Source of the DNA: Octopus bimaculoides
Taxonomy: Eukaryota
DNA: 59,592 nt
Direction: 5' to 3'
NCBI RefSeq assembly: GCF_001194135.2
Contig: NC_069001.1
Location: 26,911,813-26,971,404, forward strand
The notes under the pieces were generated by a model that saw only the letters and a program-made list of their open reading frames with translations, searched no databases and was not told the DNA's origin. The translations under genes were made by a program, and so were the position numbers. Numbering within the stretch: position 1 is the first letter of the stretch; every line of letters starts with the position of its first letter. Of this stretch, positions 52,655-59,592 are shown piece by piece.

Positions 52655-53646
52655 NNNNNNNNNNNNNNNNNNNNNNNNNNNNNNNNNNNNNNNNNNNNNN
52701 NNNNNNNNNNNNNNNNNNNNNNNNNNNNNNNNNNNNNNNNNNNNNNNNNNNNNNNNNNNNNNNNNNNNNNNNNNNNNNNNNNNNNNNNNNNNNNNNNNNN
52801 NNNNNNNNNNNNNNNNNNNNNNNNNNNNNNNNNNNNNNNNNNNNNNNNNNNNNNNNNNNNNNNNNNNNNNNNNNNNNNNNNNNNNNNNNNNNNNNNNNNN
52901 NNNNNNNNNNNNNNNNNNNNNNNNNNNNNNNNNNNNNNNNNNNNNNNNNNNNNNNNNNNNNNNNNNNNNNNNNNNNNNNNNNNNNNNNNNNNNNNNNNNN
53001 NNNNNNNNNNNNNNNNNNNNNNNNNNNNNNNNNNNNNNNNNNNNNNNNNNNNNNNNNNNNNNNNNNNNNNNNNNNNNNNNNNNNNNNNNNNNNNNNNNNN
53101 NNNNNNNNNNNNNNNNNNNNNNNNNNNNNNNNNNNNNNNNNNNNNNNNNNNNNNNNNNNNNNNNNNNNNNNNNNNNNNNNNNNNNNNNNNNNNNNNNNNN
53201 NNNNNNNNNNNNNNNNNNNNNNNNNNNNNNNNNNNNNNNNNNNNNNNNNNNNNNNNNNNNNNNNNNNNNNNNNNNNNNNNNNNNNNNNNNNNNNNNNNNN
53301 NNNNNNNNNNNNNNNNNNNNNNNNNNNNNNNNNNNNNNNNNNNNNNNNNNNNNNNNNNNNNNNNNNNNNNNNNNNNNNNNNNNNNNNNNNNNNNNNNNNN
53401 NNNNNNNNNNNNNNNNNNNNNNNNNNNNNNNNNNNNNNNNNNNNNNNNNNNNNNNNNNNNNNNNNNNNNNNNNNNNNNNNNNNNNNNNNNNNNNNNNNNN
53501 NNNNNNNNNNNNNNNNNNNNNNNNNNNNNNNNNNNNNNNNNNNNNNNNNNNNNNNNNNNNNNNNNNNNNNNNNNNNNNNNNNNNNNNNNNNNNNNNNNNN
53601 NNNNNNNNNNNNNNNNNNNNNNNNNNNNNNNNNNNNNNNNNNNNNN

Positions 53647-53684
<38 letters not shown>

Positions 53685-54514
53685 TTGCGTGGAGAGAGAT
53701 GCGCGTAAATGGTTAGCCTTGCAAATTCAAACAGATCGACGCTCCACATAGAATATTTTTTTCTTCCTTTCTGCTTGAAGAAATTATTCTAATATACTGA
53801 ACGAAGTCAATCGAATCGGCTATACGCACTAAATTACAAAATACTAGCAGTGTGTTTGTCTGTCTTCAAAATCGATATTTAAAAATTATAGAAATCTAAA
53901 TTGTTTTGACGTTTGCTCACATTGCATACAGTATAAACTGACATATTTTATAACATTCATTAATATGAAACGAAAATAAATTATGTCTCCCCTCGTTAAT
54001 CAAATTCTCGACAGATGTCTTACAATAAATGTGTAAATAAACAGTAAGCGAATAAATGAGAGCTGCACAACTCGTAGAACAAGAAATCAATGCAGAAAAC
54101 TGCTAGATATGTGGTATATTTTAAAATAATATTCGTTTGCGTTTAGAAAGGTTAACATTCAGTAATTCCGTTTGTATACAGCATCACATTTTTTTTCTAC
54201 TAAACTGCTTAAATGGGAAAATGTTTGTCTAACGTGCACGTCCATATACACACATATATGCACGCACATATGTAATTGCATACACCCATGCATATATAGT
54301 GAGTTATAGAGAGGGGGAGTGAGAGAGAGAGATGGATGGAAGGGAGAGACAAACAGACAGACAGAGACATGAAAACTCTCTTGCAAAATCTAAAATCACG
54401 ATACGAAATTGCTCTGAGCCAATTTATGCCAAAAGTTTCATGTATATGAGTATATTATGATAGTATTATACGCTGACACATGCTAACGCACAAATCATAT
54501 ATATATATATAATA

Positions 54515-54776
54515 GTTATCGCCAAGCCAACATGGCAGTCCCAAAATTAGGACGAAAGCTGCCGTGAATTAGCTCCAAGAAGCCATCGCCTCTAGCTAGC
54601 TATGTGACACACGAAACCTGTGTCCTTTATAACCTTCGAACAGGGGAGGTCAGCAGTGTCCCCCTGCTGGTTTGGCATCTGCAGACTAGTTTCAGGGTGT
54701 TGCCCCTTGTCAATGCAGAGCAGCCAAGCCATAGCCAGGCGGCGCTGCTGACTATCTGCTCGAAGGTTATTTATCT
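54515..54776 (-). mobile_element. GC-rich, highly structured ~260-bp element ending in (TA)n; candidate Penelope-like terminus or retrozyme
   Basis: Four hairpins including a long 54629-54770 stem that encloses a hammerhead. Minus-strand 3' end ggcgataact is followed by (TA)n; the other end is lost in a gap. Confidence 0.55.
54678..54719 (-). ncRNA. Type I hammerhead ribozyme motif with U3-A8 core
   Basis: TCTGCA TTGACAA GGGG CAACA CCCT GAAAC TA GTC TGCAGA: 6-bp helix I, 4-bp helix II (G10.1-U11.1), palindromic ACTAGT helix III, GUC site; predicted cut between 54684 and 54683. Confidence 0.75.
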
Positions 54777-55746
54777 NNNNNNNNNNNNNNNNNNNNNNNN
54801 NNNNNNNNNNNNNNNNNNNNNNNNNNNNNNNNNNNNNNNNNNNNNNNNNNNNNNNNNNNNNNNNNNNNNNNNNNNNNNNNNNNNNNNNNNNNNNNNNNNN
54901 NNNNNNNNNNNNNNNNNNNNNNNNNNNNNNNNNNNNNNNNNNNNNNNNNNNNNNNNNNNATATATATATATATATATATATAGAAGTAGGACAGCCATAG
55001 AATCACGGGCCGGATTTGTTCCGTCTCTAAGCCTTCGATGTTAATTTCCTGCCATTCTACAGTCCGACCTCTATAACCAAATTACGAAGCCAATGGGATG
55101 TAATCTTGGCAATTTGAGATTCACAAGAGAGATTGCTTATTGTGACTGTTCTAAATTTTAAGTCAGGATGAAAAGATATATAACAGTGCTTTTGCGTAGT
55201 TATAACGATGCTTTAGCATGAGCGTCTACTGGTCTTTGTGGAGGACCTTTCCATGAGTAGATTCACTGTATTACGAAGTAGACAGAAGAATGCCTGTATG
55301 GTTAATAGTTTTCCTTTGCAATCACAACGAATAACTGTCATGTATAACAGTAACGAGATGATTAATAACTTGCGATTGGAATTTGATAGATTCAAACTGT
55401 ATGGGAGTTCCTCGAGTTTTAAATCTCCGTAAATGCGTCTGTGCTTTTCTCTGTTGCTGTTTATGTTAACACCAGTCACAAATGCAATAATATTTCTATG
55501 GTTTCTTTCGTATGTTAAGTAACTCGGGGGTTCAAGAGGCAGAGACCATGGACTAGGTACCAGACTGAAATTTGTGATTAATTTGTTGAGGTTGGTGCTC
55601 TGGCACGAAAACATTCTAATCACTGACACCTTTGGTAGAACAAATAAAAGATTTCAAATATACACATGTAATGGAGTGCTTCTGTATGCGAGTCTTTGTA
55701 CATAAATATTTAGTGTTGACTGCTGGAGGAGTACTCAATACCAGAG

Positions 55747-55835
55747 ATATTCCTTTCTACTCTAGGCACAAGGCCCGAAAGTTTGGGGTAGGGGGCAATC
55801 CGATTAGATCGACCCCAGTACGCAACTGGTATTTA
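55747..55835 (-). mobile_element. SINE family A (A1) 3' fragment
   Basis: tttctactctaggcacaaggcccgaaa..gattagatcgaccccagtacgcaactggtattt. Confidence 0.8.
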
Positions 55836-55955
55836 AATATTGCTAGTGCGTTCACAGTGTCAGTATGTGAGTAATGATCTGGTAAGTCGTAGCCTGTTGA
55901 TGAAACTCGACAACGTCTAATTAGTAAGAGACTGCTCGACACAACCAACAGTATT

Positions 55956-56283
55956 TCTCAGAGGACACTTATGTGAGAGCTGTTTCATGCGATTTCTGGT
56001 CCTTTCATTTTGGCTTCTCTCTATATACAGTTCACAGGGTTTCTGAGTGCTGTACTTCCGCCCTACAAACTTCTATCACTATAAGCCAGTGCCGCTCAGG
56101 TGTCGCTATGTCGATGTCACTTGTCATACCATTCACTGAAAGTGCTATGTGGTACTGGAGAAATGATGACGTGTGAAGATCGAACCAGGTGGAGGTGAGC
56201 AGTAAGTTACAACTTTTGTCTGTCAACGATGTCTCAAACCATTCATAACTGCAACAGGACTGAACAGTCATCTGAGGGGACAT
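55956..56283 (+). repeat. ~330-bp repeat, copy 1 (possibly a Tc1-like deletion derivative)
   Basis: About 80% identical by eye to 58494-58827; both end at gtcatctgaggggacat. Confidence 0.75.
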
Positions 56284-56635
56284 ATATATGTGTATATACT
56301 TTTAAATATGTATACACAAACACGTATAATATTCTCTGAAAGAGAGAAAGTTTTTTGTGGATTCACTGTATTGCATTGAACAAAGTGGTTACGCGACACG
56401 CGCTTGTCATTTTCTCAGTTGTCTGACCCGCCATGAACAAAGATTGGTGACCTCTGGATTAAACCAATGAGCATAGCTACAGTAGAAGATACTTTCTTTG
56501 GAGGAAGCAGAAGAGAAATACTTATCAATTCCGCCATGCCCGCACCATATATCACGGTAAAAATTTCTTCTACTATTGAGCCAATAAACCGTCGACCGAT
56601 CCGTTGTGGATATTCGTATCATGTGCCCCTCCCCC

Positions 56636-56669
<34 letters not shown>

Positions 56670-58493
56670 CCCACTACAAAATTTACGAATCAACAAAATA
56701 TGGGGAACTTCATAGTTACATCGCTTGAAATTAAATCATGGCGAATTATTACAGCAATCTTCAGATATATTTACAAATCTCTGAAATTATTTCATACACA
56801 TATGGCCTTATACACTCCCACATTCGTTAGCAGGCTGATGCCTTACACACTAATTGTAAATACATATATACATGCATACAAACACAGGCACACACCCATA
56901 TANNNNNNNNNNNNNNNNNNNNNNNNNNNNNNNNNNNNNNNNNNNNNNNNNNNNNNNNNNNNNNNNNNNNNNNNNNNNNNNNNNNNNNNNNNNNNNNNNN
57001 NNNNNNNNNNNNNNNNNNNNNNNNNNNNNNNNNNNNNNNNNNNNNNNNNNNNNNNNNNNNNNNNNNNNNNNNNNNNNNNNNNNNNNNNNNNNNNNNNNNN
57101 NNNNNNNNNNNNNNNNNNNNNNNNNNNNNNNNNNNNATAAAGATGTTTACGTGTGTCGGTGATGTACAAGTGTGGTCACGTGTGTGCTACGTACTCCAAA
57201 CAAACACCATTATGATACTTATCATGAATTACATCTCTAAATTTAAGATTAATTCCAGTCGCCAATGGCCTAGATAATATTAAATATTAAAATATTTATT
57301 AATATATTTAAAATGATAAACCTCTGACTTCCTTTCTACTATCTCCAGCTTGCGAAACCGAACAAAAGTGAATTAAAAAAATATCAACAACGTCTGACCA
57401 GTCACTTTCACATTCTTTATTGTTGCTTTTTTTAATATTTTCATTTTTTTTAAAATCTTTTAATTATTTACCCTGCACATCGTATCTCATCAAATATCAG
57501 ATAAACTAGATTGCACTGTGTTAATTTAACGAAACACAATTTCAATTGAAAAACGTGCCATTATTTTCACAATACTAATAAATGTCTGTTGGACGTTAAG
57601 TTGATTAATGCCTAATTTAAATTTTTTTCTCTTATGGATTTTTGTATTTTAATTTGCATTATTATTATTTATTGTTTTAGATTTCAATTCCTTGCCAGAG
57701 TTTGAAAATAAATTTTTCACATATTTGTCATCAGTATCGACCCTCTATGTTCTATGCTGTCTGGAAGTAGATAAAATGTTCGCGAACACTTACGCATTCT
57801 TTTCTTATTTTGCCTTTCTGTACAGTTCCTTACAATGTCTTATTTCACAGTTTCGCTTCATACGCATACTGTTATAAATGTACTTTTAATTACTGCGAAC
57901 AAATTATTTTATAATAAACAAAAAACGTCTATTTTTATTCACGTTGTGCGTGTGTGTATGCAAGTATATAAACGTAGGAATCAGACATACGAATCGGACA
58001 TATGAATGGTCAGGGGATAGATTCTCTGAACGAATATTTTTTCTAAAGAACATATCCATTTAACTGAAAGCATGCATGGAATAACTCGTTTGGACTACGG
58101 TGTTGGCATCTCCATCCTAGACGTAATTAACATTTAGTTGTATGTGTATCTATGTATATATACGTGGGTGGGTGTGTGTGCTTATGTATGTATATATGCC
58201 TATATGTATGTAGGTATGTTATATGAATGTATGTGTGTATGCTTGTATTATATAATATGTATGTACCTAAGCTGTATGCATGTACATATATCATTATCGG
58301 TATGATATTACTGTGCATCCGGTAGTAGGTTGCTCAGGAGTAGAAGCTCCTGTTCGGCTCTCAGTTATTGGGTAACTAGCATATGTGATGATATTCCATC
58401 TGAGCACAAGGATACAGAAATACTGTTGGTTGTGTCGGGCACCCACAAAAACCACTGGGTATGTAGGACACCTAGCTTCTGTGAGAACATCCT

Positions 58494-58827
58494 TCTCAGA
58501 GAAGGACACTCTTATGTGAGACCTGCTTCACGCGATTTCGGGTCATTTCATTTCGGCTTCTCACTATATACAGTTCACAGGGTATATGGGTGTTGTACTT
58601 CCGCTCTACAAGCCCATATCACTATAAGCCAGTGCTGCACAGGTGTCGCTATGTCGATGTCATTTGTCATACCATTCACCGAAACTGCTATGTGGTACTG
58701 GAGAAATGGTGACGTGTGCAGACCTAACCAAGGGTGGAAGCGTACAGTAAGTTAAAACCTTTGTTTGTGAACTACGTTTCAAACCATTCATATCTGCAAC
58801 AGGACTGACAGTCATCTGAGGGGACAT
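58494..58827 (+). repeat. ~330-bp repeat, copy 2 (possibly a Tc1-like deletion derivative)
   Basis: Direct paralog of 55956-56283. ATGGTGACGTGTGCAGACCTAACC (MVTCADLT) resembles a Tc1 transposase start; the family call is weak. Confidence 0.7.
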
Positions 58828-59542
58828 GAACAGAAAGTCAGAAATGCCGTTGTCAATGAAGAACCATAAGGCGATTGCAATCATTTGTGAATACGGAGCA
58901 ATCACCACGTATATATATGAGTTTGCTAAGAGATGTAACACTGAAGACAGTGAATCAATAGATAATGTTGTGTAAGTTCAACATAATTATCCACACTTCA
59001 TCGTGGATGTTCTGTTCGAACAAATTATACTGCGGTAGATAGCAAGAGGGAAACTCTCATAATGGCTTTTGGTGCAAAATGCACTCTTGTACCATGAATC
59101 TTAGATACATTTAAAAAATAATTCACTAAATAAATAGAATGTACATAGAGATCCGGCTGTATCCTTGTACACATACATTAGACTCACTCACATAGTATCA
59201 CCAGTTACATCGACCTATAATAAGTTATCAACTCTAAACTTACTATTTTGTTTCTCATATCTGGATGTAGATACCTAAAGTTTCTTTCTTTTCTTAAAGC
59301 GTTAGAGTATGATTTTAGGTAAATTTCGTACTGCTATTTTTAGCAGGTCGAGAAACTACGCGAAGGTTACATCACTATCTTTTAAGACTGATGTATAAAT
59401 ATGGTCTACGAGCACACTCCTAAATCACTCCTCCATGAATAACGATGGAAGATAGTGTTCTGTTAATCTAGCTTATAGATTTTGAACAAATTCATGACAG
59501 AATTAGTGATTTAATGGAATGCTTTCTGATTTGGAGCTCCTG

Positions 59543-59578
<36 letters not shown>

Positions 59579-59592
59579 GTATATATATATAT

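Noticed and set aside
54531-54566. Plus-strand GTCC-caaaatta-GGAC-GAAA resembling hammerhead helix II (possible second-polarity ribozyme)
   Set aside because: The preceding seven bases are CATGGCA rather than CUGANGA and no helix III/NUH forms; better read as a bulged hairpin.
57715-57745. Minus-strand CTGATGA-CAAATATGT-GAAA
   Set aside because: Helix II requires the core A9 and no helix I forms; consistent with chance in AT-rich DNA.
1-59592. CRISPR arrays, rRNA genes, prokaryotic operons
   Set aside because: No regular repeat-spacer structure, rRNA motifs or dense ORFs; the sequence is eukaryotic non-coding DNA.

Overview
AT-rich, microsatellite-saturated animal genomic DNA from a gapped draft assembly (14 N-runs, most abutting (TA)n). 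The SINE families and repeat landscape suggest an octopus or other coleoid cephalopod; this is inference from repeat content only. I found no convincing host protein-coding exon, and nearly all ORF-track entries are microsatellite, gap or SINE read-throughs. The window holds at least five tRNA-derived SINE types, a decayed maT/DD37D Tc1-mariner transposase, an R4/Dong-type REL-endonuclease remnant, a probable Penelope-like RT remnant and several local duplications. The most interesting signal is a set of type I hammerhead-ribozyme (HHR) folds. One has a compensatory U3-A8 core inside a long hairpin (54678-54719, minus). A divergent pair sits one on each arm of a ~148-bp, ~98% identical inverted repeat (18867-18907 minus; 19016-19056 plus). 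One is a minimal Penelope-type motif (37415-37451, minus), and two more are degenerate candidates. All folds were read by eye; none has been computed or tested.
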